From contig NC_042998.1 of NCBI RefSeq assembly GCF_006345805.1, positions 58,590,001-58,654,000 on the forward strand: a stretch of 64,000 nt of DNA, given 5' to 3'. Shown here piece by piece: positions 50,692 through 63,491 of the stretch. This stretch comes from Octopus sinensis. Lineage: Eukaryota. The notes beneath the pieces were generated by a model, which saw nothing but the letters and a program-made list of their open reading frames with translations, ran no database searches and was not told the DNA's origin. The translations under genes were made by a program, and so were the position numbers. The number at the start of each line of letters is the position of its first letter. Position 1 is the stretch's first letter.

Positions 50692-52058
50692 ATGTTTGTG
50701 TGTGTGTGTGTGTTTGTAGATGTGGGCATGCACAGACATGTGTGCACATATGTATCTCAGATGCAGGCACAGGTTTGTCTTTACTATTTCGTTACATGTG
50801 TTCCTGGGTTTCCCTCTTTCACAGCTTCAATTCACATTTAGTGACCTGAACCCTTTAATGCAGCTGTCTTCCTTCATGCGCATCACATTACAATACCACT
50901 GCAATCTTCTCTCTGGCAAACTACATCTAATATCTTTCCTAAAGCCAATTTTACAATTCTGTGGGCTCTCATTTCAACTGTGACTGCAACAGACACAAAT
51001 GTGCCATGAACTTTCATATTTTTCAGAAATGATTTTATGTGTACAAAGATGATCTTTCTCTTTATAGCAAACCTTTATTTATTTATTTCGTGTCTGGACA
51101 CGTAAAAGCACCAACCGATCATGGCCGTTTGCCAGCCTCCCCTGGCCCCTGTGCCGGTGGCACGTAAAAAGCACCCACTACACTCACGGAGTGGTTGGCG
51201 TTAGGAAGGGCATCCAGCTGTAGAAGCACTGCCAGATCAGACTGGAGCCTGGTGCAACCTCCAGTCCTCCCAGACCCCAGTCAAAACCGTCCAACCCATG
51301 CTAGCATGGAAAATGGACGTTAAACGATGATGATGATGATGATGGATAGGGTTCCAGGATTTATTAATAGTTTATAAAAACATATATAGCTGTGTAATTA
51401 AGAAGTTTGCTTCATAACCATGTGGTTTAAAGTTTATTTCCACTGCATAGCACTGTGAAAAGGAGCCTTCTTTGGTCTTAGGCTGACCAATGCCTTGTGA
51501 GCTGAAGTAGTAGATGGGACCTCTAAGAAACTTGTAAGAAATGTGTATGCATGTGTGTGTGCTTCTGTCTTCTGTCTTTCCTTTATCCTAATGTTGTTTG
51601 TATGCTGCATAGAAACAAGGTCTTAATATTCACCATACACTGTGACAAAACCATACCCAGCTATTGTGCTGTTTATTGTTTGAACGACTAGGGCAAATAT
51701 TCTTTTCTTCTCGAGGCACAAGGCCTGAAATTTGGAGGGAGGGGGAGCAAGTCGATTAAATCAATCTCAGTATGCAACTGGCACTTAATTTAGTGACTCT
51801 CAAAGAATGAAAGGCAAAGTCGCCTCAGTAGAATTTGAACTCAGAACGTAGTGGCAGACAATGTACCACTAAGCATTTTGACTGGCATGCTAACGTTTCT
51901 GCCAGTTTGTTGCCTTGACTACAGCAAATATTACCTTACTTGTAAACATGTGAGGGTTAGTATTAGGAAGTAAATAAACTGTAAAAACAAAAAAGTGCCT
52001 CAATAAGTTTCATAAGTTTCATCTAATGAAAGCTGGCATGGAAATGTAAATATTAAAA

Positions 52059-52092
<34 letters not shown>

Positions 52093-52177
52093 GGTGGTGG
52101 TGGTGGTGGTGGTGGTGGTGGTGGTGGTGGTGGTGATGATGATGATGATGACGATATTTCTTTTTTTGCTGTTTCAG

Positions 52178-52316
52178 GATAATAAGAAAAAGAAGGGTTC
52201 TAACTATATGGGATCACTTTCTAGAGGAACAGCTAATATAGCTAAGAAAATTGGTTCTAAACGATCAGGTCGTGCAGCATCCTCATTTGATCATTCTTCT
52301 CTAAACAGTTCTGATG
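52178..52316 (+). CDS. PLCE1: Probable PLC-epsilon C-terminal tail exon (DNKKKKGSNYMGSLSRGTANIAKKIGSKRSGRAASSFDHSSLNSSD)
   Basis: tttttttgctgtttcAG acceptor, GTAAGT donor at 52317, open frame in phase 0 with the preceding exon; basic/Ser-rich low-complexity tail. Confidence 0.8.
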
Positions 52317-52481
52317 GTAAGTAATTCTTCCCTTACAAAAGAATGAGGTGCAAGACTGTGTAAAAAGGTAGGACGATTTGTTGTAGACTCAAAATGATAA
52401 ACAACTGTCAGCATAATGAGAAATCAATAGCAATAATAAGAATTGCGATTATTAGTCATTTAATTATTTATTCTCTATTAG

Positions 52482-52507
52482 GTGTGAAAAGTATACCATA
52501 CAAATAA
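52482..52507 (+). CDS. PLCE1: Tentative terminal coding exon (G-VKSIPYK-stop)
   Basis: Nearest phase-1-compatible acceptor (ttattctctattAG at 52480-52481), TAA at 52505-52507; no homology support. Confidence 0.3.
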
Positions 52508-53854
52508 AACAGCGATATAGGACTTGTGCATTCATGCACAAACAAACACTCATGCACTTCTGTATCATGACTTCACATTAACATACATGACACTGAATAC
52601 AGGGATCTTCAGTGGAATGGATATTAGCATAAAACCATGGTACAGACGTAAGAACACTATATATTAATATTGTTACATTTTATTTGAATATTTATTGTTA
52701 CGATACATATATTTCTATATTTATTTATTTGTTAATTGTTATATGTTAAGATACATACATTTATTTTATTATTTTAGACCTGAAGAGTGGCTATATTTTT
52801 AAATCGAATTTATTTTAATAGTATCGATTTTATTATTATCAATTTAAAGATATAGTCACGAAATCAATTTAAAGATATAGTCAATTTAAGGTTTATTTAA
52901 TTTAGTGATTTTTAGAATAATATTTATTATAATATTTATTATAATATATTCAAATTTCTTCTATATGATTTAATATCGATAATATCTTTCACTATCAATT
53001 GAATTACTTAACAGAGGTTATTTCTCTTAATTATATATATATAGATAGATAGATAGATATATATACATTCATATATATATAGAGAGATACATAAACATAC
53101 ATATAGATATATATATATATATATATACATGCATACATACATACATACATATACATACACATATGTGTGTGTGTGTACTATACTATAAGACTGCAAGAGT
53201 ATACTAAACACTTTGATATTTTTTACAAGAACAGGGCACAACATTTGATATATATACACATGCACACACATACATTTATAGGTGAGGAAGTGTCTGCTGA
53301 TTTAAAAAATCTACTTCTCAAACTCATGATTTCAAGTTCAGTCCTACTGTAAAGCACCTTGAGTGTCTTCCACTATAACTCCCAGACTGACCAAAGCCTT
53401 GTGAGTGGATTTGGTAGACAGAAACTGAAAGAAGTCCATCATGTGCATGTGTTTTGACAGTAGATGATTGTTATAAATGAATGCTATTCATTTCCAGTAT
53501 ACTGCAAAGGTATATCTGGCCACGAGGTCATATTATCTGTCTTGGAACCAGATAAGGGTTGGTGACAAGAAGAATACCCAAATTTAGAGAATCTGCCTCA
53601 ATAAACTCAATTTGACCCAATCTGTAAGCCAGAAAATGTAGCAGTCATATACATTTGTCAATAGAGTGGATATATTCATCAAAATATACAGTATTATAGA
53701 TCCATTTCAGCCAAGATATTAGGAAATGAAGTGAATACCAAAGACTGCTCTCATCAGACTGGCCAGTATGAAAGAAAATGGTGACTGCTCACCCTAGTTT
53801 ATATTTTGATCAATATATATACATGCAGAAGGAAAGAGAGAGAGAGAGAGAGTC

Positions 53855-54070
53855 TGTTGTGTGGACGCCCCCTGATGATGAAGTAGGCTAGCCCAATACG
53901 TAGATATAGTGGGAGAAGCCTAGACATCAGAGTTCAGACTAGAGCACAGTTGAGTAGCAGTCGGAGTAGAGAGACTAAAGCAGAGTAGAGGTCATCCAAA
54001 CATGCGATATAACAGTATCAATGAGGATTTCATAGCTCACACAGCCACTGTGTAGTATTGCAACATAACA
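53855..54070. mobile_element. Solo LTR of an LTR retrotransposon
   Basis: TGTT...AACA termini with a perfect 5-bp TSD GAGTC (53850-53854 and 54071-54075). Confidence 0.75.
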
Positions 54071-57000
54071 GAGTCCTTAAAAATAGGGACAACTAGTCTA
54101 GAGGATCAGATACCTTTAAAAACCCTGAAAATTTCCATTCCCCACTTTTGCCTCCACACATACAGGTTGGATGGATCTTTCTATGCACATCAATCTCTAA
54201 AACTCACCCTTAGAAGTGTTGTGTGGTGTGAGAGATAAAAAATTAAGATTTCAGGCAATGTCACTTGAAACAATGTATTTTTTTTCCCTTTTTGCTTCTT
54301 ACAGCATACCGATTTATTTCAACAAAATGAAGTTTCTATAGGGTTGCTCAATCTAATAGAAATAGTTAACAAGTTTCCATCAAATCACAACTTTAAAAAT
54401 GAGTAACCTTTGCTATTGTGATCTTAGATACAATGTGTCTGAAAATCAAATGGTGGGGTGATCACAGCTAGAATGCCTTTCAATCTAAAGTCTGTTTGAT
54501 CCGTATTAACCCAAGATTAAATAGCAATATGTTTTTAATTATTTCTGAAATGATTCATGGCAAGGAAAATCAGGTACTCTGTATTGAATAGGCACTAATT
54601 TTGTGACCCTGCTCTTTAGGAAATAATGACAGTTATAGGTCCTTGAAAAGCAGGATATTGGATTAAGTTCTAAGACTAAGCTCTTTGTGTGAGGAACCAT
54701 TTTGTTATAGTATTCAAGAATCTTTCAATATAACTTTACAGAACTCTTTTTTTTTTCAATAAAGCATGTTTTCAATAAGTGGAATATTGTTAATATTCTT
54801 ATTTGGAAATACTATTTTTTAAATCAAAATGCCTTGAATGCACTTCTTTAAAAAGATCCTTTTTAATACAAGTTACATTTTAATCAAATGTTCTTTTTAA
54901 ACTATTTTCTTTTAAAGAACCATGAAAAAAGCATATTATATTACATATAAAAAGTTTTACAGATTTAATGTGGCAGTTATAAGTATTTCTTGCAAGTGGT
55001 TCCTTAAAGAACGAGAATTTTATTTCGTGTTTGTATGTAACTTAATTTTATTCTCAAAGATGGAATCCTTTACAGAAAACAAATGCAATTGATTTTAAGA
55101 TTTTGACACCAAAAAAACAAACAAGCACATTGAGTTAAGGATGCCTTCAAATAATTAACTAATTGCATTTTACATGAAAAAGATCAATAATTGTTAATTC
55201 TTTTAATATTGTTGAACTGGTAGAATCATTAACCCTTAGTCAAAATAACTTGTTGTTCTTAGTTGCAGTTCTTTACAGTCTCAGTTCAAATCCTGCTACA
55301 GCCTTCTTTGCTTTACATCCTTATATATTTCTTTCTTTACTACCCACAAGGGGCTAAACTCAGAGGGGACAATCAAGGACAGACAAAGGTATTAAGTTGA
55401 TTATATCGACCCCAGTGCGTAACTGGTACTTATTTAATCGACCCCGAAAGGATGAAAGGCAAAGTCGACCTCAGCAGAATTTGAACTCAGAACGTAACGG
55501 CAGATGAAATACGGCTACGCATTTCGCCCAGCGTGCTAATGTTTCTACCAGCTCGCTGCCTTTACATCCTTATAGAGTTAATAAAATAAAGCAGTTGCAT
55601 TGTACAGAGGTTGAAATAATCAACTGTATTCAATTTCAAATGTGAGGCCTTACTTCCATGTTATACTTATTAGCAGTTTGTTAATAAAATCAGGAGTGGA
55701 CAAAGGACAATGGTCGTAACTGCTTTAGGCTTTCTTAGCTGCCACTTCACAGTTCCAAGGTGTCTGTTATTCTTCCTTCAGGACATATAACATTCTAAGT
55801 GATTATTTCTAACTATGTGTAGTCTAAGGCAAGCCAAAGTAGACCCATGGCAAACTACTCAAACTATTGCCTATGTGTCCTATTACCCACCACTAAGTTA
55901 TTATCACTTTTACTCAAACAGATCAGCAGCAACAGATTGTTGTTTGTGTATGTGACTGTGTATTATTGTCACTATTTAATAATTGCTTTTATTTAGAGGA
56001 ATCCAAGAACCCAGATTAACTTAGGAAAAATCTGTTAATCATTTGGAAGCATACTTAACTTATTGTGCTTATTTAGGATTAGTGTCAAATGCTTAAGGTC
56101 TATATTCATATTCATTTAAAATTACTTAAAATTTTACTCAGAAAAAAAAGAGTCTTACTTAGGAATACAATACCTTTTTTTTTACCTCCAATCCTTGTAT
56201 CCTAATAAAAATTGGAATATGTCTTTTTCCTTTGAATTCCCCAGCGACCATATGTGTTTCTAAGAATTGAAAATAATTAGAGTAGTTAATATGATCTGAA
56301 GTAAATGAAAAAAAATTAAGAGGATCATTCCTCTTTCTTGTAAGGTAAATTGCATTGATTATTTAATTTCTACATTATTCCAATTTCTTGCATAATTTTT
56401 ATATTTTAATTTTTTTTTTACTTATTTCCCTTTATTTTTCTATTTTGCAGAATGTTTTTTCTCTCCTCTTTAGAATTCTCTATATTATTCACATATTTTA
56501 ATTATTACTAATTGGTAAAATCTTAAACAATAATTCTTGAGTTACAGTTATTTGGTGAGTGGTTTGATATGATGTTAGGACTCAAATAACTTGCAGCCTT
56601 GTAGAGTCATTGTTTCCATTAAATGTACAACAAAATATTTTGTAACGTGTAATTTGTAATACACTTTTGGCGAAGGAGCATAATTACTTATATCTGGTCT
56701 TATCAGTTACTTATATCTGGTCTTATAACATTGGTCTTATCAACTCAGGAATGACAAAAAGCAAAGTTGAACTTGGTAAGCTTTGAACCCTGAATATATG
56801 TTACAAGATTGCTGGATTGAATCATGTATAGTTGACAGATTGTCAGAATTGTGAGTTTGTCAGAATGCCTCAAGGTATGTCTTCCTGCACTCTGAGTTCA
56901 AATCTCACAAAGATCAATTTTACCTTTTATCCTTTTGTGGTCGATAAAAGAGTACCAATGCAAGATGGCAGATCGATGGAATGCAAAAACATTAGATCGA

Positions 57001-57500
57001 ATACCATACAGTATCTGTTTTGGCTCTTTGCCATAGTAAACTTAATTCATTACGTGGTTTCATGCCACTACCTGGCAGTTTAGGTCTTTTTAGCAGTGTC
57101 TACACTGCTGCAAACATCAGGCTAACTCTTCAATTTGAAGATGCTGTCTTCTCTTCTCCCATCAGTTTCAGAAGCCCTGTGAAAGGGTCATGGGCACAAC
57201 CTTTTCTTCCTGACTAGTGGTTAAAAAAGAAACCATAAATAATAATCAGAAGGAACTCAGGACATGACTAAATGTCATATCACTTTCTCCATAACTCTAC
57301 TGGCAGAATCAATAGCACACAGGGCAAAATGCTTTGTGGCTTTCGTCCATCCTTACATTCTGAGTTCAAATTCCACTAGGATTGGCTTCACCTTTCATCC
57401 TTTCGGGGTCAATAAAATAAGTACCAGTTGAGTACTGGGCTTGATGTAATCAACTATCCCATTCCCCCAAATTTCAGGCCTTGTGCCTATAGTAGAAAGG

Positions 57501-57545
<45 letters not shown>

Positions 57546-59090
57546 ACATGAGAATGAATTAAACATTGCAGTGCATGTGCCTTTTAATAGTAGCAATGAC
57601 TCTACCAAGATGTAATTGTAGAACGTTAGCATTCATCATAAGCTTTTCCAACATAGTTGAAATCATGAAATATTCATTGCACCAAACGTACTAACTTCAT
57701 GAAAAAATATAAAATACGAGCTGTTAGTAATATCCACTATTGATCTTATTCTTTGTATCTAGCTATTAAGAATTTTACTATTGTTACAAAATATCCTAAT
57801 GAGTCTCATAGAATTTTTGATAGAAAAAAAAGCTAGGGACTTATTTGAGAGCATGTTTTTACCATAGATAACAGATATGCTTTGTGTTCATGCAAATGCA
57901 CACACACAAACACACGCATGCACACACACACACACACACTCACACACACACATTCACTCACTCACACACACACACAATATTTTTGTTTCTCATACATTTT
58001 CATTAGCATGCTTTTGAAGGTTAGAATATATTCATGCTTGGTCAAACACACTTAAAAAAATACACATGCTTACACATACAGACACATGTTTGCATGCATA
58101 CTCACAAACACAAAATACATATATGAACACACACATAACAGATCAATACAAAGTTATATTTCGTAATGTACTATTTTTCCATTGCTAGAGAATATGATAG
58201 AGATAACATGTAAAAAAAAAGTTACACACTTGTTTGCTTTGGAAAAAATTATATCGATAATTCAACTTAGATAATCACAAATTCTGTTCTCCTAGTTGTC
58301 ATACAGACAGACTGAGGAAAGGAGAGTTACCTGCCTTGTCATTAAGCTTATTTTCTATTTCTTTAAGAACACTTTTGCATTTCATTTGTTTCATGCATGA
58401 TTACATGAATTGAATGTTGCAGTAAATTTGGTCGCTTGTTTAGGTTTACTCTGCATATAGTGTATGCATATGGCACATGCAGTCTGCTCAGCCAAAGTAA
58501 AGCAGTGCCAACCCAGGCAAAAACTATATAAATGTTAATTATTATGTACAAAAAGAAATGACTGCCAATTCTTTACCAAAATATAATTCTATCTAAGAAA
58601 TTCAATAAAGGAATATATTGATACCAGTAAGGCATGATTTCTTTGTGCCTTTCATCCTCAGTACATATATAAATATGTAATGATATCAAACCTACAAGCC
58701 TTTAATGAAATTTCAAAATAAATTTAACAGAGTATCAACACAGCAAAATGATTGGTGCTGCTTTTGTTCAGTGACATTACAGAGTGAGCAGTGTGTGCAT
58801 ATGTGTTTGCTTTTGGTAACTGAGTAAATGTTTTTCACATTTCATGTGAGTGTATATAATAGAAATTATAAATAATGGTATATGTGAGTGCATGTATGCA
58901 AATACAAATTTATGAAATGACAAATGTATATGTAATATTATACATGCATAAGTATTTATGCTTGTGTATATAGTTGCAACTCAGTCAACTTTTTATGTTT
59001 CCAGTAGACGCATATACATAAGTGCTCATGCTCACACCACATGTGAACATGAGTTTCTTTATTTGCCTAGACATCATGGTATCTTATATG

Positions 59091-59137
<47 letters not shown>

Positions 59138-59232
59138 ATAAAAATGGTAAGACAACAAAAGAAAGAAAGAGATCTCGATATTATGTAAATAGAGGAATTT
59201 ATCTGTAAATGTAATATGTAACAATTATTCGG

Positions 59233-59306
59233 TAGCCATGATAAAACTCTGAGTTTCGGATGCCGAGGTGGATATCCACACTGCCATCTCTTCAGTTATC
59301 TGGCCA
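59233..59306 (-). ncRNA. Type I hammerhead ribozyme motif (family G), core apparently intact
   Basis: Reverse complement UGGCCA-GAUAA CUGAAGA GAUG...CAUCC GAAA CUCAGAG UU UUAUC-A-UGGCUA: 11-bp stem I with one bulge, palindromic stem III, GUU triplet at 59247-59245. Confidence 0.78.
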
Positions 59307-59329
59307 TTGGAAAAATACAGTAGAAGTGA

Positions 59330-59403
59330 TGGCCCGATAACTGAAGAGATGGCGGTGTGGATTTCCACCTCGGCATCCAAAACTTGGAGTTTTATCATGG
59401 CTA
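59330..59403 (+). ncRNA. Inverted second copy of the family G hammerhead, G12 lost
   Basis: GAUAA CUGAAGA GAUG...CAUCC AAAA CUUGGAG UU UUAUC. Confidence 0.55.
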
Positions 59404-59432
59404 CCGAATAATTGTCACATATTACATTTATA

Positions 59433-59463
<31 letters not shown>

Positions 59464-59662
59464 TATACATGGCCAGCTCCGTCTGGCACCTGTGCGGGTG
59501 ACACGTAAAAAGCACCCACTACACTCACGGAGTGGTTGGCGTTAGGAAGAGCATCCAGCCGTAGAAACACTGCCAGATCAGACTGGGCCTGATGCAGCCT
59601 TCCGGCTTCACAGACCCCAGTTGAACTGTCCAACCCATGCTAGCATGGAAAGCGGATGCTAA

Positions 59663-59703
<41 letters not shown>

Positions 59704-59706
59704 ATA

Positions 59707-60292
59707 TAAAATTATTTATTTAAAGGTCACAATACATGTATTAAAGCACTACTAATAGTTTCATATGTTGAAAAAACTCAGACATATTCTTCAGGCACAA
59801 ACCACATATCCTAACAAACTAAAGAAATTGAATAATAGAAGAAATGCGTATAAAAAACTGAGAAGGCAGCGTATAGAAAATGCAGATGGTAAACAACAGA
59901 AAACAGAAAACAGAAAATAGAAAACAGTACTAAAATGTCAAAAATAAAAAGTCAAAGGTAAAAAGGTAAAAGCTATTCTCCTTAGACCTATTCCCGACTG
60001 ACTTGATATCTTTCCAGCCTTTTCATTTAAGGTCTAAGGAGGAGAGTTCTTTTACCTCTTTACTTTCAATTTTTTACATTTTAGTTTCTGCTTTTCATTT
60101 TCCATTGTTTACTGTCTGCATTTTCTATATGCTGCCTTCTCAGTTTTTTCACATTTCTTCTATTATTCACTTTCTTTGGTTCATTATGGTATGTGGTTTG
60201 TGCCACGAGAATATATTTGAGTCTTCTCAATGCATGAAACTATTAATAGCATTTTAATACATGTATTGTGGCCTTTAAATAAATAATCTTTA
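59707..60292. repeat. Old diverged inverted repeat (~270-bp arms)
   Basis: 59707-59990 pairs with about 60030-60292, with many mismatches and indels. Confidence 0.8.
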
Positions 60293-62444
60293 TCTCTCAC
60301 CAGATGGAGTACTTTTTTTTATTGAATTTTCTGTCACAGAGCAGTATATTTTATATCATCATCATCATCATCATCGTTTAATGTCTGCTTTCCATGCTAG
60401 CATGGGTTGGACGATTTGACTGAGGGCTGGTGAACCAGATGGCTGCACCAGGCTCCAATCTTGATCTGGCAGAGTTTCTACAGCTGGATGCCCTTCCTAA
60501 TGCCAACTACTCCGAGAGTGTAGTGGGTGCCAGTCAGGTGGTACTGGCAACGACCTCACTTGAATGTTTTTACACATTCCACCAGCACAAGTGCCAGTAA
60601 GGCGACGCTGGTAATGATCACACTCGAATGGTGCCTTTTATGTGCCACTGGCACAGAAGCCAGTTAGCCGCTCTGTCAACTATCACGCTCGTATGGTGCT
60701 CTTTGTGCCCCACTTGCACGGATGCCAATCACCGAATTTGATTATATATATGCAGTGACATGAAATTTTAATCACAAGATAAAACATCAGTTTCAGTAAA
60801 CTATAGTTCTACATGTATTGAGCACTCCCCTCTCAGTTGTTTGATATTCATAAATCATCTGTGTGTGTGTGTGTGTGTGTCAGTTGTAAATATTATTTGT
60901 TGCCAAAAAATTTGTACTTAATCTCTCTTAAGGAAAAGAACACACACGCACACATATATATATTGAAGTTATATTTGCACAACAATGTCTTGATCTGAGA
61001 CTGTAATGAAACTGAAAACATTATTTTGTAGAAAAGCCATTTAAGACATAAAGGCTGCTAAATGTGTTTTTATATTTCTTTGGCCGTCAAATAAATTTCA
61101 CTTTTTATGCACATTTTAAATGGCACAAAATGCCTTTTTCATGATGTAAATGCTTATATAAAAACATGCATACACACATTAATGCATAAACCTTAAACAT
61201 ATGCAAATGCATGAACACTAATTTTCACACAGCTATATATATATATATATTGTCCCACTAAGTTTTATGCATTTTATATATCATCATCATTATTGTTCTA
61301 TATCTGCTTTCAACACTGTAATGTTTGTGTATATGTGCATTTTATTCCTCTCTCTTTCCCTTTCAATTCGCTATTATGAAACCCCTCCCACAGCTCATAA
61401 TTATTTTCATACTTAATCTTCTATATTTTCCTTTCTCCACTCAGAGACTAATAGCATTAGATTTCATACTTCTTTCTATAAGATAAGACACTCTCTATAA
61501 TACTTCAACATTATCTATATGTAATCCCTTAAGTATCCTGTCCTCCTTCCTTGTCAACACTCATTCTAATTCATCTGCCTACTTTCTCTACTTTTGCTGT
61601 TTTACATCAGTTTTATAGACTCAATGTCATTTTGTTTTCACTCCTTTGCACATTCACTCCACAATGGGAAGGAAGACCAAATAGAAAACAAATTAAGATG
61701 TACACAATATTCTATTGTTTTTCTTTACTCCCAAATCAGCCTTAAGAAAACCTATGGTAAAATTCTTTCTAACCATGACCTTCCTGTTATTTCATACATC
61801 AGGAAATATATTGTTTTCCAATGTGTCCTTCCTTCTTTTAGACAGTAGGCTGTGTGATTTAAGCCAAATATTTCTGGCTATTTCAGGCTTGAGTATAACT
61901 ATAATGTCCATCCATCTTTTTTGTATATCAAGAAACACTTTCTATAGTGTATACCTTCATTTTTAAGGGAATAAGTTATGATAGGAATAAGAGGATATTT
62001 GGCTGGTACTTATAGCAGATCAACCTACTACATACAAGTTCCTTTAGTTATTTCTGTTCAGCCTTGGCATCTTTGGCAAAATGCCCAGGATAGACTGACA
62101 GGATATGTATTATATCAAGTACAACATGAATCAAAACCACCACAGCTAATGTTTACATCTTTTATGTACAATTCCAATAATCAAACAACTGGTGCCATTT
62201 GACTTTCAAAGAAATTTCTCTTGGTGCTCCTGGTTGCAGATAAAATTGTTTTTATTAATCTAATCTTAGTAAAAAGTTTGTTTATTCAGTCTAATGTGGC
62301 CACATTGGGACTAAATTGCATCTTTAGCCATAAATGGTAGGACTGTTCATTTTGCTTTTAAGCTGTTAATTAACCTTGCTCATAATTCCAGATATGATCT
62401 TTCTGGAGAGGCAGAGGTTCCAAAGCAGGCTATAGTGAAGGTTT

Positions 62445-63038
62445 GAGTGTACAATGCCTCACTGACTTGCGTTTGAAGGGCTTCATCGGATCTTTTTGGT
62501 TTGAACAGCAGTTTTTTAAAATAATTTCCATGTAACTAAACACTTTTAACTTCGTATACTGGTAGAATGTGTTTATAAAAGATCTTATTCTCTTGGCTTT
62601 ATTGAGAAAATTCTATAGTTTGTAAGATATTTGTTGTTGTTTTTTTTTTCAATTTCTGCAATTTCAACCAATCAATGACGTCTATTGAGGTAAAAAAACA
62701 TTCTGTACCATATGAATATGTCCCTCGTTTAAGAAACAGATTGGGTTTATTTACATTTGTGAAGAAAAAAAGATACCCTTCCACCACCCCTAACCCTAAC
62801 TAATCCTAACCCTAAAACAGATTGAAATGCAATAGATCGATACTAGGGTCATAATTATGGGTGACAATTTCATATGACACCGCTAGAAAAAACTGCCGTT
62901 CAAACCGAAAAGATCCCTTAATCATACTTTACAAGAACTCAGAAGAAAGACTAACAGCATAGGTGGCATCACAGTCTTGCTCTCTGGCAATTTCAAGCAA
63001 ACTCTGCCACTGCAAAGAGTACAACTGCTGATGAGTTG
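62445..63038 (+). pseudogene. Helitron PIF1 helicase relic interrupted by a MITE
   Basis: After removing the insert it reads ECTMPH*LAFEGLNHTLQELRRKTNSIGGITVLLSGNFKQTLP, matching the (D)EC.M and GDF.Q.LP helicase motifs. Confidence 0.8.
62488..62916. mobile_element. 429-bp MITE with ~29-bp TIRs, 7-bp TSD and an internal TAACCC-like tract
   Basis: ggatctttttggtttgaacagcagttttt / aaaaactgccgttcaaaccgaaaagatcc; flanks CTTCATC (62481-62487) and CTTAATC (62917-62923). Confidence 0.85.
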
Positions 63039-63118
63039 AGAACAACCTTTTAAGGATACAGTTCTATATTTACATTATTTACATTTGAAGGATATTTGTC
63101 CTCATCTTGTTTGTTGCT

Positions 63119-63164
63119 AACACAATGTTTTGGCTGATATACCCTCCAGCCTTCATCAGGTGCC
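63119..63164 (-). ncRNA. Degenerate hammerhead motif (family F)
   Basis: GGCAC CUGAUGA A GGCUG...CAGCC AAAA CA UU GUGUU; G12 lost. Confidence 0.5.
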
Positions 63165-63216
63165 TTGGGGAAATTTCAAACCTGGGTTCTCATCCCTAAG
63201 GTATTTTTTGATGTTG

Positions 63217-63253
<37 letters not shown>

Positions 63254-63321
63254 GGCGTAGTAGTTAAGAGCACGGCACGGGCTACTAACCCCAAGATTCC
63301 AAGTTTGATTCCAGGCAGTGA

Positions 63322-63387
<66 letters not shown>

Positions 63388-63448
63388 CAACAACAACAAC
63401 AGCGAAAAATACCTTAGGAATGAGAACCCAGGTTTGAAATTTCCCCAA

Positions 63449-63491
63449 GACATCTGATGAAGGCTGGAGGGTGTATCAGCTGAAACATGTT
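63449..63491 (+). ncRNA. Degenerate hammerhead motif (family F)
   Basis: GACAU CUGAUGA A GGCUG...CAGCU GAAA CAUGUU; deletion in the stem III / stem I 3' strand. Confidence 0.45.

Noticed and set aside
53871-54005. CTGATGA...catccaaacatg as a hammerhead with a long stem II
   Set aside because: G12 and U16.1 are absent and pairing is poor; the segment is better explained as part of a solo LTR.
62788-62815. Interstitial telomere or chromosome-fusion scar
   Set aside because: Only about four imperfect TAACCC units, contained within a TIR-bounded MITE.
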